Part shown: piece by piece, positions 49,575 through 59,700 of the stretch
Layout of the letters: every line of letters begins with the position of its first letter
Position numbering within the stretch: position 1 is the first letter of the stretch
Origin: Promethearchaeia archaeon
GTDB lineage: Archaea > Asgardarchaeota > Lokiarchaeia > Sigyniarchaeales > SOKP01
Assembly: GCA_029856045.1 (NCBI GenBank)
Contig: JAHQWG010000035.1
Location: 32,001 to 96,000 of the forward strand
DNA: 64,000 nt
Direction of reading: 5' to 3'
Notes under the pieces: generated by a model
What the model saw: only the letters and a program-made list of their open reading frames with translations
The model's database searches: none
What the model was told of the DNA's origin: nothing
Made by a program: the position numbers and the translations under genes

Positions 49575-52106
49575 TCATGCTAATGTATTAAACCCCTCAA
49601 ATTCTTTTATTTTGCTTTTATTTTTTCTTGATTTTGTTGATATTATTATTGATTTACAGATTGTTAAGTTTAATCCTGTTTTATGTCGCAATATATGAGG
49701 ATTTTCAGAAAGAACTTTTGATGCAATATGATATCCAGCATTATACAAAATCCGACCCCTGACTCTTCCCACATTCCTCAACCTTAAAACTAAATCAAAT
49801 AATTCTTCACGAATTCCGTGTGTAATTCGGATTATTAATGTTTCACATAAATTTGCAATTTTATCATCATCTAAATAAGAAGCAATTATTCCAATAAATT
49901 TGATAATTCTGATAACGTTTTCTTTAATTGAAAATAAATCCCCGGCATAAATTTTGAATTCATCCAATATATTTTGTAAAGGTTCTTCATCTGCCCACCA
50001 AATGAGTGGTTTCATCATCTTCATATTTCTGATTCTTGATTCAGATTTTAATACAATAAAAGCACACTTAATTAAACTTTTATAATCATTAACTTCACCG
50101 TTTTCTAACATTTTTCTAATTTTTACACCGCTTGACGGATACAGATATAATTTAACTATTAATTTGCCAAAATTGGAGCAAATTAATCCATTCCTTTCCT
50201 TTAATAAAAGCCCTTTCTCAATTAAATAATCTAAGATATATTCTCCCTTCACACTTTTAGGGATTATATCATTTACGTATTTTATTATTCTTACATCGGT
50301 CTGAGAAACCAAAAATAAAAGAAAACTACTTATGTGATTACAAAAAATGAAGTTACAAGAATTTTGTCCTAGTAAATCTTCTCCAACTCTATTATTAAAA
50401 TTACAACTACATGTAATTCCGCTATCCATATCAAATCTTACATGAAAGACTCCAAAATCTGTTTTAACTATCCCTTCAATTGAATCCTTTTTTATATTTG
50501 TAATTTTTGTTTGAAAGTTAGACCTTTTAATTTTTTCTAAAACTTCTGGATTTGAATGCAATTTCAATATATTCTCTGTTGTTATTTCTTTAATTCGTAA
50601 GAATTGATCTATGGGAATTATTTTATCCTTTATGCAATTCCAATAATATGTTTTTTCAAAAAAATTTTTCAATTTATTAAATGAAATGGATTCTTGCTCA
50701 AAAACCCTTAATAATACTTGTTCTCTTAAAGTTTCAGTTGAATTTATAGCAGATTGAATAGAATTATATATAGGAACCAATCGTTTTCCATCCTCTCCTA
50801 TTTGAAAATATTGATCCTCCACCCATATTTTTTCTTCAATGTTTTTAACAAGTATTATTCCAAAACCTTTAAGATCTAAACCTGGTCTACCAGCTCTGCC
50901 CAGCATTTGGAAAATTTGATTTCTTGAAAAAGGTTCAAAATAAGTAAATCCATTGCCAAAATCTTCATAAAATTTAGAAAAATCGGTAATGTTATCAACA
51001 CTTGTTTGATATCTTTTAAAATCCTTAATAATTACCATTCGAGCTGGCGTGTTTATTCCTGCGGAGAGAGTTGTTGTGGAACAAATAACTTTTAAAATTC
51101 TCTTATTAAAATATTCTTCAATTATTTGTCGTTCTTTTGAGAGAAGTCCTGCATGATGGAAAACCACACCTCCTTTTATGCAGCTCTTTAATTCAGTAAT
51201 TCCACCCTTAATGTTTTCTAATTGCTGTGATAATTTTTTACAGATTGATAGTTCTTGAGGATCCAACTTTTTCTTTATAAAATTTTTAAGGTATAGAGCA
51301 AGCTTCTGCGCTTCCTTCCTTTTATTCACAAATATTATAATTTGGCCTTTTTTCTTTAAAATTTCATTTACATAATGTTTGATGGTTGAATCTTTATTTT
51401 GAGACACTTTGATATCATATTTTAATGGTACTGGCCTTTCATTAGAAATTATTAAGATAAATTCTTGCCCAAGTGACGATAACCAGTTGCAAAAAAATTC
51501 AGGATTTGCTACTGTGGCAGATAAAGCAATAATTTGAGGATTAATCAAAAATTCATTCAATCTAACAATTAATGATTCTAACCGCGGACCTCTGTCTCTC
51601 TCTCCAACACAATGTATTTCATCTATAATAATTGTCGTAATTTCATTAATCCATTTTTCTTCTTTATAATTTCTTAATATTGAGTCCATCTTCTCATATG
51701 TAGTTATAATTATATTAGCTTTTTGAAGTTCCTTATCGTCAATGACAATATCCCCGATTGATAATTCTATTTTTATTCCGTATTTACTGTAATTTTTCGA
51801 GAAATATTGATACTTCTCGGAAGCCAAAGCTTTAAATGGTACTAAGTAAATTGCCTTTCCATCGTTTTTGAAAATATTATTAACAATACACAGTTCACCA
51901 ATCAATGTTTTTCCGCTACCGGAGGGTGCAACAATTAAAAAAGATTTATTAAAATAGAGTCCCTTAATAATTGCTTCTTTTTGGATATCTCGTAAATTAT
52001 AAATGTTATTTTTTAATAAGATTCTAATTATTCTCTCATCGTCTACATATTGATTAAATTCTGAGATTATTTCCTCCGGTGATTTTTCAAAATTAGTCGT
52101 TGTCAT
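49575..52106 (-). CDS. Ski2/Hel308-like SF2 helicase with an inserted SWIM-type zinc finger
   Basis: APSGSGKT, DEIH, SAT, FHHAGL, TLSAGINTPA and QMLGRAGRPG motifs; CSC...CNH insert; HhH (VGRVRGRILYNAG). Confidence 0.9.
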   Translation of the reverse strand: MTTTNFEKSPEEIISEFNQYVDDERIIRILLKNNIYNLRDIQKEAIIKGLYFNKSFLIVAPSGSGKTLIGELCIVNNIFKNDGKAIYLVPFKALASEKYQYFSKNYSKYGIKIELSIGDIVIDDKELQKANIIITTYEKMDSILRNYKEEKWINEITTIIIDEIHCVGERDRGPRLESLIVRLNEFLINPQIIALSATVANPEFFCNWLSSLGQEFILIISNERPVPLKYDIKVSQNKDSTIKHYVNEILKKKGQIIIFVNKRKEAQKLALYLKNFIKKKLDPQELSICKKLSQQLENIKGGITELKSCIKGGVVFHHAGLLSKERQIIEEYFNKRILKVICSTTTLSAGINTPARMVIIKDFKRYQTSVDNITDFSKFYEDFGNGFTYFEPFSRNQIFQMLGRAGRPGLDLKGFGIILVKNIEEKIWVEDQYFQIGEDGKRLVPIYNSIQSAINSTETLREQVLLRVFEQESISFNKLKNFFEKTYYWNCIKDKIIPIDQFLRIKEITTENILKLHSNPEVLEKIKRSNFQTKITNIKKDSIEGIVKTDFGVFHVRFDMDSGITCSCNFNNRVGEDLLGQNSCNFIFCNHISSFLLFLVSQTDVRIIKYVNDIIPKSVKGEYILDYLIEKGLLLKERNGLICSNFGKLIVKLYLYPSSGVKIRKMLENGEVNDYKSLIKCAFIVLKSESRIRNMKMMKPLIWWADEEPLQNILDEFKIYAGDLFSIKENVIRIIKFIGIIASYLDDDKIANLCETLIIRITHGIREELFDLVLRLRNVGRVRGRILYNAGYHIASKVLSENPHILRHKTGLNLTICKSIIISTKSRKNKSKIKEFEGFNTLA

Positions 52107-52291
52107 TTTTTCTTTAGAGGGTCTTTAATTAATCTGGATTGAACTTTTTTTAAATTAGTTAAATATTACTAAAATTGCAATTTATAAAGAAAAAATCTCA
52201 ATTAAATTACAAGTATCTCAATTAAAACCATTTATTACTTTTTTTTCTCACTTCTTTTATTTAAATAGTTTGATTTTATACATCTACTAAT

Positions 52292-52717
52292 ATGGATAAA
52301 AGATTATTTGATCCAAACGACATAAAAATTTCACGCTCTGGAATATGGAAAATAGAAAGAGACCATGGAATTTTATATTTTGGGGTTAATTTAGACAATA
52401 AATCAGATTTTAATATTTATAATCTCAAATTTTTCTTACACAAAATTCCCATAAATATGAAATTAGAGCCAAAACAAATTCATAGAATTCCAAATTTGAA
52501 TCCAAAAACGAATATCTCAGTTTATTTCAGGTTAATTCCCGAAAAAGATTATATTTTTGATACTGTAGAAGGATTTATTTCATATTATGATTTACGAGAA
52601 AAAATATATATTAGAGATATAGAGCCGTATAAGATCGAATTTCAAAGAGAATTATATACACCGAATAAAATTTTCATAAGGAATTTGAATCAAAAAGTTA
52701 AGTCTTCTTCTATTTAA
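52292..52717 (+). CDS. Small beta-sandwich (Ig/adaptin-ear-like) protein
   Basis: Alternating beta pattern GVNLDNKSDFNIYNLKF...LNPK...VYFRLIP. Confidence 0.55.
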   Translation: MDKRLFDPNDIKISRSGIWKIERDHGILYFGVNLDNKSDFNIYNLKFFLHKIPINMKLEPKQIHRIPNLNPKTNISVYFRLIPEKDYIFDTVEGFISYYDLREKIYIRDIEPYKIEFQRELYTPNKIFIRNLNQKVKSSSI

Positions 52718-52784
52718 GCGTTTTCACTGATATAAAAAAAACTTTGGAGTTTTTTTTATTTAAATATACTTATTTGAACATCTA

Positions 52785-55175
52785 TTGGATATTATGGATA
52801 ATTACTTATATCAAAGTGATACGACATTAGATACCCCAGATAGAACAGATTATAAATATCATTATAATGAAGCAGAGAAATTGGAGAAAGAAGGAACTCT
52901 AGAAAGCCTTGAGTCCGCTATTGTTCATATTGAGATGGCAATCAATAATTTAAACATGAAAAAAGAAATATTGCCAGAGAAATCATTAGATTCAGAGTTA
53001 AAAAAATTCGCTGAACATCAATTAACGATTAAAACAAATTATCATGAGAAACGAATTAATAAATTGTTAGAAGAGGTAAAAAATGAGGAGAATTCAAAAA
53101 ACTATAAAAAATCGGTAAATATTTATAAGAAAATAAGAGATTCAATGAATTTTTTATATAAATTAGGAGATAAAGGCATAAACATTAATGAAATAAATAA
53201 AGTAAAAGAGAAAATTAGTAAATTAACTAAAAAGATATTAAATGAGAATTTATCAATCTCTTTGAACAGAAAATCAAGTAAAACTGAGCAAAAGCCATAT
53301 TCAGATGAATTTAAAGAAATTAATGCAGAATTTGAGGAAATAAATTTTGATACAAATGATCAAATTCCTTTACAGAATCATGATACTGAAGGAGAAATAA
53401 AAATACCGATTGAGGTTGAATCCAAGGTAATGGATCAAGATGAATTAGCTCAATCAGAAATGATATTATTAGAGGATAATGAAGTGGAGGAGGATAACAT
53501 AGATTTACTTGATAGACCTAACAAAATTAATATCTTAGATCAAATTAAAGTGATTTCAAATATCCCTGAAACTAAAGAATATTGCATGGAAAACGAAATT
53601 TTGGATAAAAAATCAGTCAAATTGTTATTAGCTCAGTTAAGAAAAGCATTAATTGCTAATAATTACCAAATTTTTCCTAATGATGACATTGATTTTCAAG
53701 AATTATATAATAAGATTGATTTTCTTGCAATAAAGATCTTCCATATTAATGAATTTTTAGATATATGCCATATTTTACCACTAAAACTTGCTAAACTATA
53801 CGGTTTATTACTTGTCTCAGAAAAAAAGATCGATTATAATAGCAATAATACAAATTTATCTCAGATTGAGCGTAAAAATCTAATACAGCCACTAAAAGAA
53901 GACATAAATGATGTCGTTCGTACTTTATCAAATGAACTTGGAAATGAAGGCCCGATCGCTAAAAATTTCATTTCGTATATTAATGATGATATATCCTTAG
54001 AAAAAAGCAGAATAGCAAGTAAAGGCTATTTTTATTGTAGAGGCCGAATGCAATACAATTTTATAGTTCAGCCCATTATCATTTCCCAAAATAAAATTGG
54101 ATTTTTAGAGAGGAATATACCATATGCATTCCAACAATCTTCTGATTTATATGTTGTTAATATTAACGATTTAAATGATTTATTAAGCTACTTGGAACAG
54201 AAAAAAAGTTCAATTGAAAAAATTTGTATCAAAAAGCAGCCACTTAATTTATTTATAGATAATAAAATAAAATTAAGCAATGCTTTAAGGTTAATAAGCA
54301 TCTTATTAGGAGTATTTGGGGTTTCTTACTTAATTTCATTGTTTTTAAATGATAAAATTTTTGTCAGTGTGTTTCAAGTATTACAAATTCCTTTTATAAT
54401 AGGGATAATACTTCTATTAGGTTTCTTTATATACATATATAAAAAAAACCAAGATGAGATCATTCAAAAATATAATAGACCATTCGGCTTCGACCATCCG
54501 GACTTTTCTGGACAAAATTTATCTATTGCTTTGAATCAAATTAATCCTCCTGAAAGAGAGCAATTCCTATATGAGATATATAACAAGCGTCCAATTCCTA
54601 TTGAGTTATTGCAAAAGATCCAAAATCCTCACATTTTTTCAGAATTTGTTGAATTATTTGAATCAAACATAGTAAATATCACATTAAATAATGAGAATTT
54701 AACTAGATTAAAACAGTCTTTTAAATATTTTAAACAAAAACATAATTTCTACAAAGCATATTGTATTCTTCGGGCAATTCTTGTGTTGAAATTACGAGAT
54801 TTTATAAGACATCGCTTGAATAAATCAGCCGATGATATCCATAATATCTCTTCCCTGCTAGATATAATATGCGCTGAATGTAATATCCTATTTAACAATA
54901 AGTCGGTAGAAGCGATAAAGAAAATAGAGGGAATTAGAGAACTGAAGGGACTTATAAATCAGAATTTTTTTACTCAAATTGTAAATATAGTATATGATAT
55001 TATCGAAATAATTCAGAAGAATACCAAATTGACTGAAGATCTTAAAGAATTTAATAATTTTCATGAAGAAAATGTTCAGAAATTTGAAGAGAATGCTGTA
55101 TTTGAAAAAAGCATTGGCTATACGGGAGGAGACCCTCCAGAAAATATATTTAAAGATTTCTTAAAGGATGATTAA
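52785..55175 (+). CDS. Multidomain membrane protein (helical TPR/MIT-like N-terminus, acidic linker, alpha/beta domain, 2 TM, helical C-terminus)
   Basis: 796-aa ORF with two TM helices near aa 500-550; overlaps the next gene by 8 bp. Confidence 0.75.
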   Translation: MDIMDNYLYQSDTTLDTPDRTDYKYHYNEAEKLEKEGTLESLESAIVHIEMAINNLNMKKEILPEKSLDSELKKFAEHQLTIKTNYHEKRINKLLEEVKNEENSKNYKKSVNIYKKIRDSMNFLYKLGDKGININEINKVKEKISKLTKKILNENLSISLNRKSSKTEQKPYSDEFKEINAEFEEINFDTNDQIPLQNHDTEGEIKIPIEVESKVMDQDELAQSEMILLEDNEVEEDNIDLLDRPNKINILDQIKVISNIPETKEYCMENEILDKKSVKLLLAQLRKALIANNYQIFPNDDIDFQELYNKIDFLAIKIFHINEFLDICHILPLKLAKLYGLLLVSEKKIDYNSNNTNLSQIERKNLIQPLKEDINDVVRTLSNELGNEGPIAKNFISYINDDISLEKSRIASKGYFYCRGRMQYNFIVQPIIISQNKIGFLERNIPYAFQQSSDLYVVNINDLNDLLSYLEQKKSSIEKICIKKQPLNLFIDNKIKLSNALRLISILLGVFGVSYLISLFLNDKIFVSVFQVLQIPFIIGIILLLGFFIYIYKKNQDEIIQKYNRPFGFDHPDFSGQNLSIALNQINPPEREQFLYEIYNKRPIPIELLQKIQNPHIFSEFVELFESNIVNITLNNENLTRLKQSFKYFKQKHNFYKAYCILRAILVLKLRDFIRHRLNKSADDIHNISSLLDIICAECNILFNNKSVEAIKKIEGIRELKGLINQNFFTQIVNIVYDIIEIIQKNTKLTEDLKEFNNFHEENVQKFEENAVFEKSIGYTGGDPPENIFKDFLKDD

Positions 55176-55917
55176 AATGATTGAGAATAGTGAGAAGATT
55201 GTAAGATGTTTTAAAATTTTCTATATCATAGGGATCGGACTGGTTATTGCATCCTTTTTCTCTGAGTGGTATTATTACGCTTATATCATCAATAGAATTA
55301 CAATGATTTGGGGATATAACATAATTGCAGGATGGAACTGTATTACTAATAATTCTATAAATTATCCTATATCAATCGAGATTGATCTTATGTTATTTTT
55401 ACTATATGTATTTATTTTTTTTTTAGCATTAATATCATTTATTTATATTTCACTTGAGCGTCCACTTTTTAGCAAGAAAAATTTTTATAATAAGGTAAAA
55501 ACTTTAAATTACATTTTTCCTGTATATCTTGGATTTAACCTTATAATATTGGCATTATTTTTATTTAATTTATTCCAGGCTAATTTCTATTTTCCATTTT
55601 TGAAGCTTTATATTGTTTCCGAAGATTCTGAAACTCTTTACTGGCTTGGTCCGGGATGTATTTTGCATATGATATCTTTTATTTTTATGTTTCCCTTTTC
55701 TGCTATAGTTTTACAGATCCCTCGAAAATTTAAATTAAAGGAGAATAAAATTGAAATTAATAAATTAATTGAAGTAAGTTCTAAAAATATAGATTTTGAG
55801 AAAATTATAATGAAAGAGAGGATAAAGAAAGATAAGACATTCAATCAATCTTCTAACGGAAAACTACAAAAAGGAAAATTTAATCTGGATAATATACGCT
55901 TGGAGAGTGAATCATAA
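55168..55917 (+). CDS. 4-TM membrane protein
   Basis: Four hydrophobic helices; FFSEWY and YWLGPG turns. Confidence 0.75.
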   Translation: MIKMIENSEKIVRCFKIFYIIGIGLVIASFFSEWYYYAYIINRITMIWGYNIIAGWNCITNNSINYPISIEIDLMLFLLYVFIFFLALISFIYISLERPLFSKKNFYNKVKTLNYIFPVYLGFNLIILALFLFNLFQANFYFPFLKLYIVSEDSETLYWLGPGCILHMISFIFMFPFSAIVLQIPRKFKLKENKIEINKLIEVSSKNIDFEKIIMKERIKKDKTFNQSSNGKLQKGKFNLDNIRLESES

Positions 55918-56796
55918 GTGTCAAAATTATTAGAAGCCACTAAATTGTTATTGAATAATCAAAATTACAATGACCTGTATGAATTATATTTGGATTTGAT
56001 TTATAACGCGGTCAATGAAATTGGTGTAAAATTAAATATTACAACACTTAAATCCAACGAAAAAATTTATGATTATATGATAATAATCGATAAATTCCTC
56101 TTTAATAATATCAATATTGTATTATTTGGAGAACATATTCAGAAAGTAGTTAATTTTCACACTATATATGATAAAATTAAAAATACTTCAGAAAACCTAA
56201 AACTAGATCAGTATGATATAAAAGAATTAATTGAAGAATACTATGAACTTAAAGCCCTAGCTGTCCCTAATGTTTTTCAAGATATTGAAAGTTATAAGAC
56301 AAGTAAATATGCCAATTTTCAAACACTCAAAGCGTGTAATTTAGTTTTTGGAAAAAAAAATAAGAATTATGATAATACCAACATTGAAGATGCATTGTAT
56401 GAGATGATCTCCAATCGTATTCAAAATGATTCTGATAAAATCAGGAGAGATTATGTGAAAGGAAAACTAGCTTTTGATAAAAGTTTCAGAAAATTAGCAA
56501 CCTTAGATTCAATCCAAAAAACAATAGAGTCGTCAAAGAAAAAATTCAGCCAAATAGAGATCAGTGGAACCTTATCTGACAATTTAGAATATAAAATCTA
56601 TACATTACGGATGCCGGGATATCTTATATTATCTTTTGGAATTATTTCAGCGATATTATTAGGTTTTATATTTATGGAGATATTTTCAGTGCCAATACTG
56701 GCTGTATCATTATATCCTAGTGCTATATTTTCTGGATTAATTTGTTTTATTTGTTTTTATATCTTTATTAAATTCTTTATTAGAGGAAAAAAATGA
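55918..56796 (+). CDS. Helical protein with two C-terminal TM helices
   Basis: Abuts the previous stop codon (TAAGTG) and has an ATGA overlap with the next gene. Confidence 0.75.
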   Translation: MSKLLEATKLLLNNQNYNDLYELYLDLIYNAVNEIGVKLNITTLKSNEKIYDYMIIIDKFLFNNINIVLFGEHIQKVVNFHTIYDKIKNTSENLKLDQYDIKELIEEYYELKALAVPNVFQDIESYKTSKYANFQTLKACNLVFGKKNKNYDNTNIEDALYEMISNRIQNDSDKIRRDYVKGKLAFDKSFRKLATLDSIQKTIESSKKKFSQIEISGTLSDNLEYKIYTLRMPGYLILSFGIISAILLGFIFMEIFSVPILAVSLYPSAIFSGLICFICFYIFIKFFIRGKK

Positions 56797-59700
56797 GTAA
56801 AACACCAACAGAAATCACAACAAGTTTGAGTCCTTCAGAGAAAGAGGATTTAAATAGATTTGGAGCCGTTGCTGACATTAACATTTGGAATGAACGACCT
56901 GCATTCAAAGACGTGAATAAATTTTGTATTTATTTAAAAAGTGGTTTTATCATTGGTATATTTTTAATATTTACTTTATTGTTATATTATTGTAGTGGGG
57001 CGTTGATACCTTCGTTCTTATTCCCGAGTTTGATAATTTTCTTTTTTGTGTTAATATTTTTCCAAGATATTTTTTATTATTTTCCTAAATTCAGATATTC
57101 TGGAATTAAAAGAATCGAATTATTTAAGAATTGTTCATTTAGGATTAAAGATAAGAATTCTGATACTTTATTTATTTTCAATAGAAAAGAGAATTTAGTT
57201 ACTGGTATAAAGTTATTTAAAATAGACATATTACCTGAAACGATTGAAGGTAACGTTTATCGATTCTTAAGTTCTCTCGATCGAACTGGAATTCCTTATG
57301 TTTATCAAATAATTCAGACTTCAAATATTCAGTTAATAAAGAGATCTTCAGATTTTTCTGATAAAAAAGAAAAAATGAGAGTTAGGAACACTCTACAAAA
57401 TTCACAGACATCTTTTAATATTAGTTTATTCTTGGCAACTTCTTATTGTAATATGAATAAAATAATTTCTGTTGCATTGGATGAAATACAAAATTCTTTA
57501 AATCGTTATGGTAAAGGTATCATTTCCTCCTTTATTGCCTGTTTTCCTCATCATCATTTAACAGAACTAAAAGGTTTGGAATTAATAAATGGGTTATATA
57601 CTTTATTTTTTAAGACAGAAGTAGAACCAAGAAAAGATAATGAAAAATCATTTAAAAATAGAAATTGGAGATCCACAATAATCAGAATTGTTTATCTATT
57701 TATTTTTATTAGTTTTGAGGCATTCTTATTATTTTCTGTAGGCATTAGTGTTGATTTTAATATATTGGTTAATCTAATTGTTTTGATTGGAATTCTTTTC
57801 ATCTATTGGAGAGAAATATTTAGCTCTTTGACAGATAAATTCATCTTTAGGGATTTTCTTAGATTAAATCTTTTTAACGATTATAAATTTTTTATGAGAG
57901 CTGGTATTCCGGATTCTGTTTTTGTTTGGAATGAAGAATTGAAATTATTGATTGGAATTAAGTTATTTGCAGTTAGAAATATTATGACCCGTGGTTATTG
58001 TAATCCCGATAAGTTTATTAGAGCAATCTCGCCTTTTAAATTGTCATATTCTTATACAACGATCCAGGCTGCTCTTTCTCAATTTGATTTGGAAAAAGAT
58101 TATATGAAATACCTGAAAAGTAAAATCATTTACAGCATGCAGAAATATTATAATAATGAGGAGAAACTTTTAAAATGGCTTTCTATGAGAGCCGGTATTT
58201 GGCGATTTATGTTTCTTATTTCTATAAATTCCTACAAATTTACATCCTATATTTCAACTGAAATTATTGATAATTTAGAGTTGGAATTACAGGAGAGATT
58301 TGAAACCATTCACCTTGCGTTTCAGGAGACATATAGTGATTATGTGCCATTAGTATTAAGAAATCGACGATTAATTTTAGGAATTAAGGTAATTCTTTTA
58401 AAAAACAAGTTTATCCGTCGTGGAGGCACATATATACCCTATTCTCTTATTCAAGGTAAAATTTTAAAAGAAGTTAACAAAATAATGAATGAATTAAAGA
58501 AGGGAATTAAAACTCAAGTGGCTGTGGAGTTTAATACACCCTTAAGCTTAAAAAATGAAATTTTAATTGGTAATACAATAAATACTGAATTTTTTAGGGA
58601 GGAAATACCTTTTGGTTTATTATTTAATCAGATTAATAATTTAATCATTAGTGGTGGAACACACAGGCAAAGAGAAGATATTTGTATGAAAATAATAACG
58701 GAATTGGTTAAAAACAAAATCCCTTCAATAATATTTGATTTTAATGGAAAATATAGTAGGCTTATTGAAATTTTCTCTAAGACACAATTTTATCGTGATT
58801 TCTATTATTTTAAACTGGGTCAAAGTTTTAATATCGAGTTATTGAATTCGGGAATAAAAAATGATCCCAAGAATTTAGAATATTTGGATTATATCTGTGA
58901 AGCGATTGGATGTATAAAAAAATTAAATGACAAAGAAATACAAACGATTAGGGATTTGATATCAAAAGTCCCAATGGATTCTAAATCTATAACTATGGAT
59001 ATGGAAATGGAAGATAAGTGGAAAAAAAATAAAAATTATAATGAAAAATATATTGCTTCAGTATTTAATGATTATACTCAACAAACTAGAAATACAATCA
59101 GTGCAATAGGCATTGTGGAGGAAAATATTAATTCAAATGATTTTCTAAAAGATGATAAAACTGTAATTATTGATTTAAGCATTTTAAGCCCCCCGCTTAA
59201 TATATTTGCAATGTTTGTGTTGATTTCGAGAATAATTCATTATACCCAAGAAGGTAAAGATTATATTCCTAAGTTGTTAGTAATGCCTAACGTCGAATAT
59301 TTTTTCGATAAATTTTATCTTGATAAATTTATTAAGCCTTATACAATTGATAGATTCCTTAATCCATTGAAAGAAAAAGGATTTGGATTTATGTTTTTAG
59401 TCAATGAAGTAAATAAATTACATCCAACATTTTTTGATTATATTCAAAATTTTATGGCTCTAAAAACGGTGCAACCGGCAGATTTAATGGTTTTAAAAAA
59501 TCTTCTTAACTTGCAAGAAATTCAAGGTCAAGGATATTATACAAAATCACGAAAAAATACATATCATATAGATTTTTTGAAACAATTAAGGAATAATAAT
59601 GCCATAGTCTTAAGAGATGATATTGACCAACCCTTTCCCGTTAAAATCGATATTGATTCTCTTGCAGCGATACCTATTCCAAAATATTTGGAATTAAGCG

